A stretch of 64,000 nucleotides of DNA from an uncultured Actinomycetes bacterium (GTDB taxonomy: Bacteria > Actinomycetota > Acidimicrobiia > Acidimicrobiales > SZUA-35): the NCBI GenBank assembly GCA_902826025.1, contig CADEDH010000010.1, forward strand, positions 55,146-119,145, given 5' to 3'. Below the pieces are notes generated by a model. The model did no database searches. It saw only the letters and a list, made by a program, of their open reading frames with translations, and was not told the DNA's origin. Within the stretch, counting starts at the first letter, position 1; each line of letters opens with the position of its first letter. This document shows, in pieces, positions 52,325 through 61,488 of the stretch. The position numbers and the translations under genes were made by a program.

Positions 52325-53370
52325 GCCCGGGCCTAGCCGGCGACGCCATCCCGAACTGGTGGTCCGGGACCAGATGGTCGCCCGAACGGCTGGCGAGAGC
52401 GGAGGCCGACTACATACTCGGGCTCCTGGATCGTCGCCGTGAAGAGGTGGTGGCGGGGTCCTGGACGGTTCGATGTCCGGAAGCCATGGTGCGCACGGTG
52501 ATGGAGCACCACGTGCATGAGGTGGTGAGCCTGTCGTGGGGCGATGATCCGGGCCGCCAGGTTCTCGATGCCTACCTCTCCGCCATGACCCTGATCGGTG
52601 CCGACCGCGGCCCGGGCGAGGCGTTCGTCCAGTCTCTCGACCTGGGAGCCAACGTGCAGGCGGCCGTCGATCGGGCCGGGCTCCCGGAAGGTGCCGCCCG
52701 GTTCGTGGTCGAGCGCCATCGACGGCTCGGCTTCGCCGGTCCTGACGAGTTGCTTGGCATGGCCTTCTACCGATGGGAGATGCTAGCTGTTCATCTGGAA
52801 GCGCTCGCCCGGCTGACAGGGATCAAGGGGGCTCCACGCTTCAGTGGCGAGCCGCTCCGGCTCATCACATCGGGCTGCTACTGGAGCCTCCGGGCCCGCC
52901 GTCTACTCGATCTTTCACTGGCGCTGCAGCGGCGCGGCCCGCCAGGATGGCGGTCGGTCCTTCGGACGCTGGAGCGGTCGATCGCTGAGGACCAGCTCCT
53001 GGAGCACAGCATCGCCGAGTCGGCGGCCGGCCGCCCGGTCCCCCCGGTCGCCTTCCTCCTGGACCAGCCAGGCCGGACCACGTTCGACGGGGTCCGTGGA
53101 GCGATGCTCCGGGTTCTGGACCAGCAGGGGGCGGCCAGCATCCCGGAGCTCGCCCACGAGCTCGGCGTGGACGCCGAGACCCTGGAGCTGGCCGCCGCCA
53201 GTGCCTTCACCGACTCGTTGATCGTGAGGCGGCTGTCGCCCGGTAGCGGGCCCACCTTCGCTCTGTCCCCTAGGGGCGAGGCCGAACTCGCGGCCTGGCG
53301 GGTAGACGTCAGTGAGGCCCGCCGCGCCGCCGGCGCCGGTCGACGTAGCTTCGGCGAGTTGGCTGAGTAG
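52321..53370 (+). CDS. Hypothetical protein with a probable C-terminal winged-helix domain
   Basis: The ATG overlaps the monooxygenase stop (ATGA). The C-terminus reads GAASIPELAHELGVDAETLELAAASAFTDSLIVRRL...ALSPRGEAEL, which is MarR/wHTH-like. The N-terminal 230 aa are unassigned. Confidence 0.5.
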   Translation: MSPGLAGDAIPNWWSGTRWSPERLARAEADYILGLLDRRREEVVAGSWTVRCPEAMVRTVMEHHVHEVVSLSWGDDPGRQVLDAYLSAMTLIGADRGPGEAFVQSLDLGANVQAAVDRAGLPEGAARFVVERHRRLGFAGPDELLGMAFYRWEMLAVHLEALARLTGIKGAPRFSGEPLRLITSGCYWSLRARRLLDLSLALQRRGPPGWRSVLRTLERSIAEDQLLEHSIAESAAGRPVPPVAFLLDQPGRTTFDGVRGAMLRVLDQQGAASIPELAHELGVDAETLELAAASAFTDSLIVRRLSPGSGPTFALSPRGEAELAAWRVDVSEARRAAGAGRRSFGELAE

Positions 53371-53529
53371 CAGCGCGACCCCGACAGAGCACGCCGAGCA
53401 GGCGTGGCGCGTCGCTGGCCGGCCCTGTTGGTCGCCTGATAGCTTGCCGGCGGGGGAACCCGGTCGGCATCGGCTTTCTGCTGCGTGCCGGGGTTCGTAG
53501 CTGGCTTGTGGCCGGAGAGGCGGTGCTCG

Positions 53530-54279
53530 ATGGGCTTCGCAGGGCGCGTGGCGCTGGTGACCGGCGCGCAACAAGGGATCGGTGCGGCGGTCGCTGTGGC
53601 CATCGGGGGGCAGGGGGCGGCGGTGCTGGTCAATTACCTCGACGATCCGGGCGCCGCCTCGGCGGTGGTGGCGCAGATCGAAGCGGCGGGAGGCCGGGCC
53701 GTCGCCGTCGCCGGTGATGTGCGCTCGCGGGAGGACGTGGCGGCCATGGTCGCCGCTGGCGACGAGCTCGGGGGTGTGGAGCTGCTGGTCAACAACGCCG
53801 GTACGTTCCCCCGGGTTCCGTTGTTGGAGATGACCGATGCCCAATGGTCGACCGTGCTGGAGGTGAACCTCGGCGGCACCTTTCGGTGCACGCAGCTGGT
53901 CGCTCGCCGGCTGGCCGATGCCGGCCGGCCCGGTGCGGTGGTCAACCTGTCGTCCGTCGCCGCCTACCGAGGCTCTCCGCTGGGCACCCACTACGGCGCC
54001 AGCAAGGCCGGTGTCGTCGGGTTCACCCGGGCGGCCAGTGCCGAATTGGCACCTCTGGGGATCCGCATCAACGCCGTTGCTCCCGGCCTCACCGACACCG
54101 CCCAGCCCCGCGACGGCATGACCGAGGCCGAGATCGCCCGGGCCAGCGCCCACGTGCCGTTGGGGTCGATGGCCACCCCGGCGCAGATCGCTGATGTTGT
54201 GGTGTTCCTGCTCTCCGATGCGGCCGGCCACATCACCGGTCAGGTGCTGCATGTCAACGGCGGGAGCTACTTCGGGTGA
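53530..54279 (+). CDS. Short-chain dehydrogenase/reductase (FabG-like)
   Basis: RVALVTGAQQGIGAAV, NNAG, YGASKAG, PGLTDT. Confidence 0.85.
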   Translation: MGFAGRVALVTGAQQGIGAAVAVAIGGQGAAVLVNYLDDPGAASAVVAQIEAAGGRAVAVAGDVRSREDVAAMVAAGDELGGVELLVNNAGTFPRVPLLEMTDAQWSTVLEVNLGGTFRCTQLVARRLADAGRPGAVVNLSSVAAYRGSPLGTHYGASKAGVVGFTRAASAELAPLGIRINAVAPGLTDTAQPRDGMTEAEIARASAHVPLGSMATPAQIADVVVFLLSDAAGHITGQVLHVNGGSYFG

Positions 54280-54319
54280 GCGGCGAGCCGGCGCTGGCCG
54301 CATGGCGGCGCTTCTCAGG

Positions 54320-55180
54320 TCAGGGCCGGCGAAGGAGATGGCCGGGATCGCGGCCGCCGACGATGCCGGTGTGGGGGCCGTAGCGGGACCAGCCCAACAG
54401 CCGCTGGTAGTCGCGGTCGAACCCAGCCACGGTGGCCCGGTCGATGCAGAGGTACTGGTTCTCCTGCTGGCGGAGCCAGGCCCGGGCGTAGAGCACGGCG
54501 ATTGCTCGGCGGGGCCGCTGGGTGTGGTTGGCCCCGCCGCCGTGGATGAGGCGACCGTCCCACAGCCCCACTGATCCCGCGCCCATCTCGAGCGGAATGG
54601 TGGCCCCCACGGCCGCATCGAGATCGGGGCTGACCTCGAGGTGGCTACCGGGCAGGACGCGGCTGGCGCCGTTGGCTTCGGTGAACGGGTCGAGGGCCCA
54701 GATGGCCGACACCATCAGTGGCGGATGGGGTCGAGGCAGGGGGTAGCAACCGTCGTCGTGGTGCAGTGCCTGGGCCACCTCGCCCGGCTCGATCTGAATG
54801 CTGGAGATCTCCGACAGCTGGATCTGATCCTGCAGATGCGCTTCCACCGCCGCGATCACCAGGGGATCGGTGATCAGCTGGTCGAAGGCCCGCGAGTTGC
54901 CGGCGAGGTTGAACACCCGCCGGGTGCGGTAGCCGCCGAACGTGCTCCGGCTGGTGTCGACGCCGGTGTTCAGCCGGTCGAACTCGGCCCGCACCTCATC
55001 GAGCTCGGCGCCGCCTACCCGGTCCGGGAAGTGGGTGAACCCCAGGGTGGCCAGCTCCCGGATCTGGGCGTCAGCGCCGGCCCGGTTGGCGTCGGTGCTG
55101 ATCCGATGGGCGGCCATCGCCATGGCTTCGGCACTGAAGGGGTTGCGGTCGATGGCATCGCCACGCTGCCCGTTGTCCAT
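54320..55180 (-). CDS. Phytanoyl-CoA dioxygenase (PhyH) family Fe(II)/2-oxoglutarate oxygenase
   Basis: QALHHDDG (HxD), ANGASRVLPGSH, LIHGGGAN. Confidence 0.8.
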   Translation of the reverse strand: MDNGQRGDAIDRNPFSAEAMAMAAHRISTDANRAGADAQIRELATLGFTHFPDRVGGAELDEVRAEFDRLNTGVDTSRSTFGGYRTRRVFNLAGNSRAFDQLITDPLVIAAVEAHLQDQIQLSEISSIQIEPGEVAQALHHDDGCYPLPRPHPPLMVSAIWALDPFTEANGASRVLPGSHLEVSPDLDAAVGATIPLEMGAGSVGLWDGRLIHGGGANHTQRPRRAIAVLYARAWLRQQENQYLCIDRATVAGFDRDYQRLLGWSRYGPHTGIVGGRDPGHLLRRP

Positions 55181-55232
55181 CGCGCCAGTATCGCAGGTGA
55201 GCCGCTGGCGGTCCCGTGGTCTGACGGGTGGT

Positions 55233-56009
55233 CTACAGGCCGTCGATGCTGGTGAAGTCGGGATCGCGCTTGTCGATGAACGCGGCGACCGCTTCGCTGT
55301 TGGCCGGCGCTCCTATGAGCTCGGCGTAGGCCGCCACCTCGCGTCGGTGGGCGGCGAGCGCATCGTCGCGCCGGCCGCTGTCGAGCATGAGACGCTTCGT
55401 GGCCACGAGCGATGGGATGGGGTTGGCGGCCAACTCGGCGGCAACCTCTGCCGTCGCATCCTCGAGCTGGTCGGCGGCGCACACCTTCCACACCAGGCCC
55501 ATGGCCAGGCATTCCTGGGCATCGAACCAGCGGCCCGACAGCAGGATGTAGGCCGCCGCCTGCCATCCCATCCGGTCGGCGAAGGTGAAGCTGGAACCGG
55601 CCTCGGGGGCCAGCCCGAGCTGGGGGAACGGGGTGCGCAGTCGGGCGGTATCGGCCATCAGCACCAGGTCGCAATGGGCGAGGATGGTCATGCCGATACC
55701 GACGCCCAGACCGTTGACGGCGGCGATGAGGGGCTTGGGGAAGGCGGCCACGACCTCGAGCATCGACGGGAACTGGTGGGGTTCTGCTCCGTCGTCATGG
55801 CTGGCCAGCATCTCGGTGAGGTCCTGGCCGGCGCAGAACGCCCGGCCGTTGCCGGTCAGCACCACGACGGCCACCCCCGGTGCGGTGGCGGCGTCGCTCA
55901 GCGCATCGCGCAGTGCGGCGAACAGGGCGTTGTTCATGGCGTTCAACGCGTCCAGCCGGTTCATCCGCAGGACCCGCACCCGGCCGCGATCCTCGATCTG
56001 CAGCACCAT
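55233..56009 (-). CDS. Enoyl-CoA hydratase/isomerase (crotonase) family
   Basis: VRVLRMNRLDALNAMN...VVVLTGNGRAFCAGQDL...IAAVNGLGVGIG. Start at the ATG at 56009. Confidence 0.85.
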   Translation of the reverse strand: MVLQIEDRGRVRVLRMNRLDALNAMNNALFAALRDALSDAATAPGVAVVVLTGNGRAFCAGQDLTEMLASHDDGAEPHQFPSMLEVVAAFPKPLIAAVNGLGVGIGMTILAHCDLVLMADTARLRTPFPQLGLAPEAGSSFTFADRMGWQAAAYILLSGRWFDAQECLAMGLVWKVCAADQLEDATAEVAAELAANPIPSLVATKRLMLDSGRRDDALAAHRREVAAYAELIGAPANSEAVAAFIDKRDPDFTSIDGL

Positions 56010-56038
56010 GACCTCAGCCCCGGGTCTCGCCGCCGGTA

Positions 56039-56455
56039 TCAGGCATTGAGGACGACGACCGCCCGGCCCGGCGTAGTCTTCTGGCCCGACTCGGTCTCGG
56101 TCCAGACTTCGACCTCCACCAGCTTCTGGCCGTTCTCTTCCCGCTTGTCGGCCACCACGCCCTTGGCCTGCCATTGGGTGCCCTGCAGGTCCATGCCCCG
56201 GTACTGGCAGGCGACCGACTTGACCCAGCCGCTGGCCCCAACCCAGTCGGAGACCACCTGGCCGAGCGTCGACCACTTCATCCGGCCGTGGACGATGTTG
56301 TCGCCGATCTGCTGGGCCTGTTCGAAGGACTGGTCCCAGTGGAGGGGGTTGAAATCGCCCGAGCCGGCGCAGTACAGCACCAGCTGGGCCCGATCCGGGG
56401 CCTTGGTGATCGGCGGGAGTTCGTCGCCCACATTGACTTCGTTGAACGTCGGCAT
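56039..56455 (-). CDS. MaoC-family (R)-specific dehydratase subunit (HadB-like)
   Basis: YCAGSGDFNPLHWD...IVHGM. 138 aa, located in the C-terminal part of track ORF 56039..56902. Confidence 0.75.
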   Translation of the reverse strand: MPTFNEVNVGDELPPITKAPDRAQLVLYCAGSGDFNPLHWDQSFEQAQQIGDNIVHGRMKWSTLGQVVSDWVGASGWVKSVACQYRGMDLQGTQWQAKGVVADKREENGQKLVEVEVWTETESGQKTTPGRAVVVLNA

Positions 56456-56469
56456 GGTCGCTCGTCTCC

Positions 56470-56964
56470 TCAGTAGTAGATGGCCTGGCCGTAGGTCCGC
56501 ATCACGACGTCCCCGGTGTCCTGCTCGGTGAAGGACTGCTCGCTGGTGACGACGAGCATCTTGCCCAGCCCCTTCGATTCCTTGACCTCCAGCTTGGAGA
56601 TCTTGGAGGTCATGAACAGTCGATCGCCGGCCTTCAGGGGGCGCTCGTAGTGGACCTCGGTGCCCCCGTCGAGAAGGCCCTTGAGGCCGTGGCGGATCGA
56701 GGGCCCGGTGTTGCGGGGCCCGCTGAACGTGGGGTCGGACTGGCCGGGGATGAACACCGGCGTGCCCAGGTAGCAAGGCGGGGCGGGGAGGCTGTCGTGC
56801 CCGGCGGCGGTGGCCGCATCGAGGTCGTAGTATCGAGGGTCGCTGTAGCCGACTCCCCGGGCGAAGGCCCGCACGCTGGTGGTGGTCAGCTCGACCGGCC
56901 ACGGCTCGCTCTCCACCCCGACCGTGGCCAGCATCTCGTCGGTCAGCTCGAACTCAGCCGCCAT
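56470..56964 (-). CDS. MaoC N-terminal-like / FAS1-like dehydratase subunit (HadA-like)
   Basis: 164 aa. VRAFARGVGYSDPRYYD...HYERPLKAGDRL. Lies immediately upstream of the HadB-like gene. Confidence 0.7.
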   Translation of the reverse strand: MAAEFELTDEMLATVGVESEPWPVELTTTSVRAFARGVGYSDPRYYDLDAATAAGHDSLPAPPCYLGTPVFIPGQSDPTFSGPRNTGPSIRHGLKGLLDGGTEVHYERPLKAGDRLFMTSKISKLEVKESKGLGKMLVVTSEQSFTEQDTGDVVMRTYGQAIYY

Positions 56965-57222
56965 CGCACTCCCTTGTGTCGTCGTGGTTTGGGCCCCGTT
57001 TTAGCGCACGGACCCGGGTCCGGCACGTCCGGACCACGGGCGCCCCGCCGCTGGTCCAGCGAGGCGCGCCGTCACCCGTCGAGGGGCCCCGGAACTCGCC
57101 ACCGATCCCACGGTGTCCTGATGGTTGGAACGTCAGATCCGAAGGTGGCCAGCCTGTTCACTGTGCCGCTGCTCGCCAACGCCTATCAGCATGTGCTCAC
57201 GGGGATACCTTTCTTGGCGCGC

Positions 57223-57252
57223 GTGTTAGGAATCCGATCGGCTCGATCGACA
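57223..57252 (+). promoter_or_regulatory. ECF-type promoter candidate upstream of the ECF sigma gene (copy 1 of a duplicated 30-nt motif)
   Basis: GTGTTAGGAATCCGatcgGCTcGaTCGACA has a GGAAT -35-like element and a CGAC -10-like element separated by 14 nt. It ends 87 nt before the sigma ATG. Copy 2 (59206-59235) matches at 24 of 30 positions, counted by hand. Confidence 0.55.
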
Positions 57253-57339
57253 ATGGGGGTTATGAGAGAACAGGGCGACGGAGGAGGCTGACGCCATCGG
57301 GTGTGTGTCACCTTGGCGGCGGTCCGGGCCGGGTATGAG

Positions 57340-57870
57340 ATGACGGCATCGGAGGAGGAGGTCCAGGTTCGCGTCGATCGGGGCGACGTCGTCGCGATCC
57401 TGGACGGCTCTCTCCCCGTCGTCTACGACTACCTTCTCCGCCGGGTCGGTGATCGGCAGCAGGCAGAGGACCTCACGTCGGAGACGATGCTCGCTGCGCT
57501 CACGGCAGTGCGGGACCGGGGCTCGGAGATCGTGAGTGTCGGCTGGCTGATCGGGATAGCGCGGCACAAACTGATCGATCACTGGCGGGCCCGCGAGCGC
57601 GAGCAGCGCAGGCTCAGGGTGATCTTTAGTGGCATGCAGGAGCGGCATGTGGATGAGCCCTTCGAGGAGAGCGGCGCTCTACGGGCGCTGGCACAGCTGA
57701 ACCCCTGGCAGCGGGCGGCGCTCACGCTGAGGTATGTCGACGGGCTGTCTGTCCCTGAGGTGGCGGCCCATATCGGACGTTCGGTCGGCGCCACCGAAGT
57801 TCTCCTGGTTCGGGCGAAGAGAGCGTTCCGGCAGCGCTATTCACCCGAGGGTTTGACCGGCGATGAATGA
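57340..57870 (+). CDS. ECF-subfamily RNA polymerase sigma factor
   Basis: Region 2: VYDYLLRRVGDRQQAEDLTSET...IARHKLIDHWR. Region 4: LNPWQRAALTLRYVDGLSVPEVAAHIGRSVGATEVLLVRAKRAFR. Confidence 0.85.
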   Translation: MTASEEEVQVRVDRGDVVAILDGSLPVVYDYLLRRVGDRQQAEDLTSETMLAALTAVRDRGSEIVSVGWLIGIARHKLIDHWRAREREQRRLRVIFSGMQERHVDEPFEESGALRALAQLNPWQRAALTLRYVDGLSVPEVAAHIGRSVGATEVLLVRAKRAFRQRYSPEGLTGDE

Positions 57871-59161
57871 CGATCGGTTGTTCGAGTCGCTCCGGCGCCC
57901 GCTGGGATCCACCGAGCCCGACCCCGACTTTCGGGTCCGCTTACTGGCTGAGCTTCGTCTGGCGGCCTCGGCGTCGGAGGCGGGGCCCGTCGACATCGAC
58001 GCTGCTACGTCCATCACCGTCCGGGGTGCTTCCGATGCTTCTCGGAACCGCCGGCTCGAACAACGGCGGGGCGGCGTTCGCACGGCGGTAGCGCTCTCGG
58101 TGGCAGCGGCGATCGCTGTTGTAGCAGTGACGATTTCATCCATGGGTGAGCCAGGAGCCAAGATCGAGACGGAAGCGGGGGTCACGGGCGCACCAGTCGT
58201 AACCACGTCGACAGTCTCCACCTCTGCCATCGCGATCCCGGTCACGGCGATCGAAGCTGCCGGCGGGCAGGTGATCCCGCTGACGCGTGCGCCCACGCAG
58301 GTCGTGGTGGCCGGGGACGACCTCTGGGTGCAGTTCGACGGCGGGCCCCTCGAACGCCGCTCGGCTGTCGACGGCACGGTTCGGGCCACGGTGGATCTGG
58401 CCCCGGGCGGGGTGACCGAGAGCGCGCCGCCGCTGCTGGCGTTCGGCTCCTTGTGGGTGCCGATGGTCGATGATGGTGAGGTGGCGCGGATTGACCCGGA
58501 CACTGGTGTCGTAACGGCCCGGCTCGCCATCCCTGGCGGTCTGGCCTCCGAGGCCGACGCCACTACGGTCTCCCGCCTGGCGGCCTCAGCTGATGGAGTG
58601 TGGGTGCTGAGCGGCACCGGCCCGGTACAGGAACTGGTGGAGATCGATCCGGCCGCCAATGAGGTGGCGAGCACCCTGCCCGCTGGCGAATTCCCCTACT
58701 CGATCGAGTTCGGATTCGGGTCGCTGTGGGTTACGCACCTGGCAGCCGAGCCCGGGGTTCGGCGGATCGATCCAGCGACCGGTGCCGTGCTGGCCGACGT
58801 CGAGTTGCCGATCCGGTATGCCGACGTCGTCGTCGACGATGCCTCACTGTGGATCTACGGCGATGAGTCGGCCATCGCATCGGTAGTGAGGATCGACCCC
58901 GCCACGAACCAGGTGGTGGCGCGCATTCCCACCTCGGAAGCAAGCGTCCCATTGCATGGCCCGTCGAGCCTCGTCTTCACTGATGGCCTGCTCTGGGTCA
59001 CGGCCCCCGACGTGAAGGCCGTCGCCATCGACACCGACAGCAACGCCGTAGTGGCTCGTTACGGTCCTGGGGGCGGCATGGTTGCACTGAGTGCCGGGGC
59101 CGATCGGCTGTGGATTGCCGACCCGTTCGGCCGCACCCTCTCGATGCTTCCCCTTCCTTGA
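57863..59161 (+). CDS. Membrane-anchored protein with an extracytoplasmic beta-propeller-like repeat domain (probable anti-sigma partner)
   Basis: Overlaps the sigma gene by 8 nt. Single TM: VRTAVALSVAAAIAVVAVTI. Repeated units of about 40 aa end in LWV/VWV/LWI. No ZAS HxxxCxxC motif. Confidence 0.65.
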   Translation: MNDDRLFESLRRPLGSTEPDPDFRVRLLAELRLAASASEAGPVDIDAATSITVRGASDASRNRRLEQRRGGVRTAVALSVAAAIAVVAVTISSMGEPGAKIETEAGVTGAPVVTTSTVSTSAIAIPVTAIEAAGGQVIPLTRAPTQVVVAGDDLWVQFDGGPLERRSAVDGTVRATVDLAPGGVTESAPPLLAFGSLWVPMVDDGEVARIDPDTGVVTARLAIPGGLASEADATTVSRLAASADGVWVLSGTGPVQELVEIDPAANEVASTLPAGEFPYSIEFGFGSLWVTHLAAEPGVRRIDPATGAVLADVELPIRYADVVVDDASLWIYGDESAIASVVRIDPATNQVVARIPTSEASVPLHGPSSLVFTDGLLWVTAPDVKAVAIDTDSNAVVARYGPGGGMVALSAGADRLWIADPFGRTLSMLPLP

Positions 59162-59205
59162 CTCTCATCATCGGCTAGGGCACCGGTGTGACGAATTGCG
59201 AGGCG

Positions 59206-59235
59206 GTGTTAGGAATCCGGCTTGCTGGTTCGACA
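59206..59235 (+). promoter_or_regulatory. ECF-type promoter candidate (copy 2 of the duplicated 30-nt motif) upstream of the lipoprotein gene
   Basis: GTGTTAGGAATCCGgcttGCTgGtTCGACA has the same spacing as copy 1 and ends 96 nt before the ATG at 59332. Confidence 0.55.
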
Positions 59236-59331
59236 GAGGGTTCGGAGCTGATCTGGAGCGATGCAGGCCTGATGAGGGCGCACCGGTAGCAACTCCGTGC
59301 GGAAATCTGGGAGATCGGGAGGGAGCGCTGA

Positions 59332-60114
59332 ATGCGCCATGTGCTGGTGGGCCTTGCGTGCTCGGGTGGCCTGTTGATCGCGGGCTGTGGCGGTGTCGAT
59401 TCTCCGGCGGCGGAGGAGGCTGTCGTGACGTCTACTGCGCCGCCGGCCATCGCTCCGTCGAGCACCGCACCATCCGGCACGGCGCCGCCGGATCGCCCTG
59501 AAGCGGGAGCGCTGCAACCCGGAGTGGAGTATGCGGTCAGCGACACGATCGGTGACCTGACGTTTTCGTTCCGCTCCCCTGAGACGGGAGGCGTGACCCT
59601 GGAGTACGGGCCGAACCAGTTCGGCCTGTACCGCGACGATCAGCCCGAGACGATGGCGGCCCTGTGGGTGGCGGATACCGATCGGTTCAACATCGCCATC
59701 ATCGACCCGACTACCGGTGCCCCGACCAGCCGGTCCGAACTACCGGCTGATCTATTGCAATGGCTGCAGGAGCAGCCCTTCTTGGAGACGCTCGACCCAC
59801 CTCACCCTATCTTGGTGGGCAACGCGGCTGGGACGATGATGGTCGCTCGGACGATGGCGCTGGAAAGCGCCACGGACCCGTCGTACTGCGCCATGACGAG
59901 CGGCGATCCCTCCGAGAATCTGCCGGCGTCCGTGGAAGGGTGCGCAACCCTGTTCGTCGACGACCAGGGCGGCCCTTGGACGACCTTTCCCGGAACCGTC
60001 ACCGAATTTGTTCTGCTCCGGCTCGGATCGAGCGAGGTGTTGGTTTTGACCGAACGCCTAGCCGATGACATCCGACCCACCCCCCTGGGTGATCTGAAGG
60101 TCGCTGCCTCTTAA
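59332..60114 (+). CDS. Lipoprotein of unknown function
   Basis: Lipobox: MRHVLVGLACSGGLLIAGCGG. Followed by a Pro/Ala/Ser-rich linker and then a globular domain. Confidence 0.65.
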   Translation: MRHVLVGLACSGGLLIAGCGGVDSPAAEEAVVTSTAPPAIAPSSTAPSGTAPPDRPEAGALQPGVEYAVSDTIGDLTFSFRSPETGGVTLEYGPNQFGLYRDDQPETMAALWVADTDRFNIAIIDPTTGAPTSRSELPADLLQWLQEQPFLETLDPPHPILVGNAAGTMMVARTMALESATDPSYCAMTSGDPSENLPASVEGCATLFVDDQGGPWTTFPGTVTEFVLLRLGSSEVLVLTERLADDIRPTPLGDLKVAAS

Positions 60115-60127
60115 GGTGCACACGCAC

Positions 60128-61483
60128 CTACCTGACGGCCCACTCGGGCGGTACGCCGAGGCCGAGCTCGTCGGCCAGCTGGGCGGCCGTCGTCGGGAGC
60201 GCAGGAAAGGGGTAGGGCGTGAGCCGGAACGCTTCGGTGAGCGAGGCTCGGGCCGGCTCGGTCAACCCGGCCGCGGCGTAGGCCGCCGCAGCGTGCACGT
60301 GCAGGTCGGCGGCGTCGGTTCCCAGGAGGCCGGCGTGCTCGAGGTAGGCGAGCGCCTCCTCGGAGCGACCGGCCCTGGTCAGCGACCACGCCAGTGCGTC
60401 GGCGGCGAACACCGTCGGGCGGGCCTCGAACGCCATGCGGGCGAAGCGCACCGCTTCGTTGGGATCACCGTGGTCGGCGTGGAAGCGGGCCGCCTCGAGT
60501 GTGTTGTCCTCCCCGGCCGCGCCGTGACGCTCGATCAACGCTGCGGTACGGGCGTAGAGATCGGTGGCCTCGGTGGAGCGACCTGTGGCCTCGTAGATCT
60601 CGCCCAGGACCGTCATCAACGCCGGCTCGGGGAACCCGGCGATCGATGTCTCGAGGATCGAGATCGCTTCGCCGGCACGATCGAGAGCGAACAGCGCCCG
60701 CGCCGTGCCGAGCGCAGTGAGCGAACCCCCGGGCTCGGCCCTCTCGGCTCGCTCGTAGGCGGCGAGCGCCTCGGCGGGCACGCCGGCGGCGAGGGCGAGG
60801 TCACCGACGAGCGTGGCGATGGTTGCGGTCTCCGACAGGTCGCCAACGGCGGCCGTCTCGGCCTGGGCCATGGCCACGCGGGCGCCGTCGAGATCGCCGT
60901 TCAGCTCACGGAGGTACGACACGCGGGCCAGCGCCGCGGCGTCGGGTCGGCGCTCCAGCAGGTCCAGCAGGTGGGCCTCGGCCTCCTCGTAGCGACCGAG
61001 CTCGATCGACGCATCGACCAGGATGGCCAGCGCGTCGGGGGAGTCGGGGTGGGCGGCGCGGGCGGCGGTGCCGACGTCGTGGGCGGCGGCGAACTGGTGG
61101 AGCGTGAGGAGGAGCGAACCATGGGCCAGGTAGGTGGCGAGATCGTCGGGTCGCAAGCGGATGGCCTCGTCCACCGCGTGCCGGGCCTGCTCCACCAGCT
61201 CGCGGTCGCCGCTGCCGGCCGCTCGGTCCAGGTAGTAGGGAGCGAGCTGTTGCCAGGCGACGCCGTCGTCGGGATCAGTGGCGACCCGTTGCTCCAACTG
61301 CGCCACCTCGGCCGCGGGATCGGCCGGTGCCAACGCGGTGGCTGCCGGCTGGTCGTCACCCCGGGTGACGGCGAACTGTGCGGCGCTGAAGGCAACCGCC
61401 ATGGCGAGGAGCGTGCCGGCCAGGCGGACGCCCCGCGAGGGGGACCGCATGGTCCCCCTCGACGTGGTGAGCGTGTGACCCAT
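60128..61483 (-). CDS. Secreted/anchored tetratricopeptide-repeat protein
   Basis: N-terminal hydrophobic segment LAGTLLAMAVAFSAAQFAV, then repeated Ala/Leu/Tyr-rich 34-mer-like units. The start is uncertain (61483 or the ATG at 61450). Confidence 0.7.
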   Translation of the reverse strand: MGHTLTTSRGTMRSPSRGVRLAGTLLAMAVAFSAAQFAVTRGDDQPAATALAPADPAAEVAQLEQRVATDPDDGVAWQQLAPYYLDRAAGSGDRELVEQARHAVDEAIRLRPDDLATYLAHGSLLLTLHQFAAAHDVGTAARAAHPDSPDALAILVDASIELGRYEEAEAHLLDLLERRPDAAALARVSYLRELNGDLDGARVAMAQAETAAVGDLSETATIATLVGDLALAAGVPAEALAAYERAERAEPGGSLTALGTARALFALDRAGEAISILETSIAGFPEPALMTVLGEIYEATGRSTEATDLYARTAALIERHGAAGEDNTLEAARFHADHGDPNEAVRFARMAFEARPTVFAADALAWSLTRAGRSEEALAYLEHAGLLGTDAADLHVHAAAAYAAAGLTEPARASLTEAFRLTPYPFPALPTTAAQLADELGLGVPPEWAVR

Positions 61484-61488
61484 CGAGC

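Noticed and set aside
52915-54618. 567-aa minus-strand ORF spanning the wHTH gene, the intergenic region and the FabG-like gene.
   Set aside because: No motifs and Arg/Pro/Gly-rich. It is antisense to two ORFs with recognisable domains.
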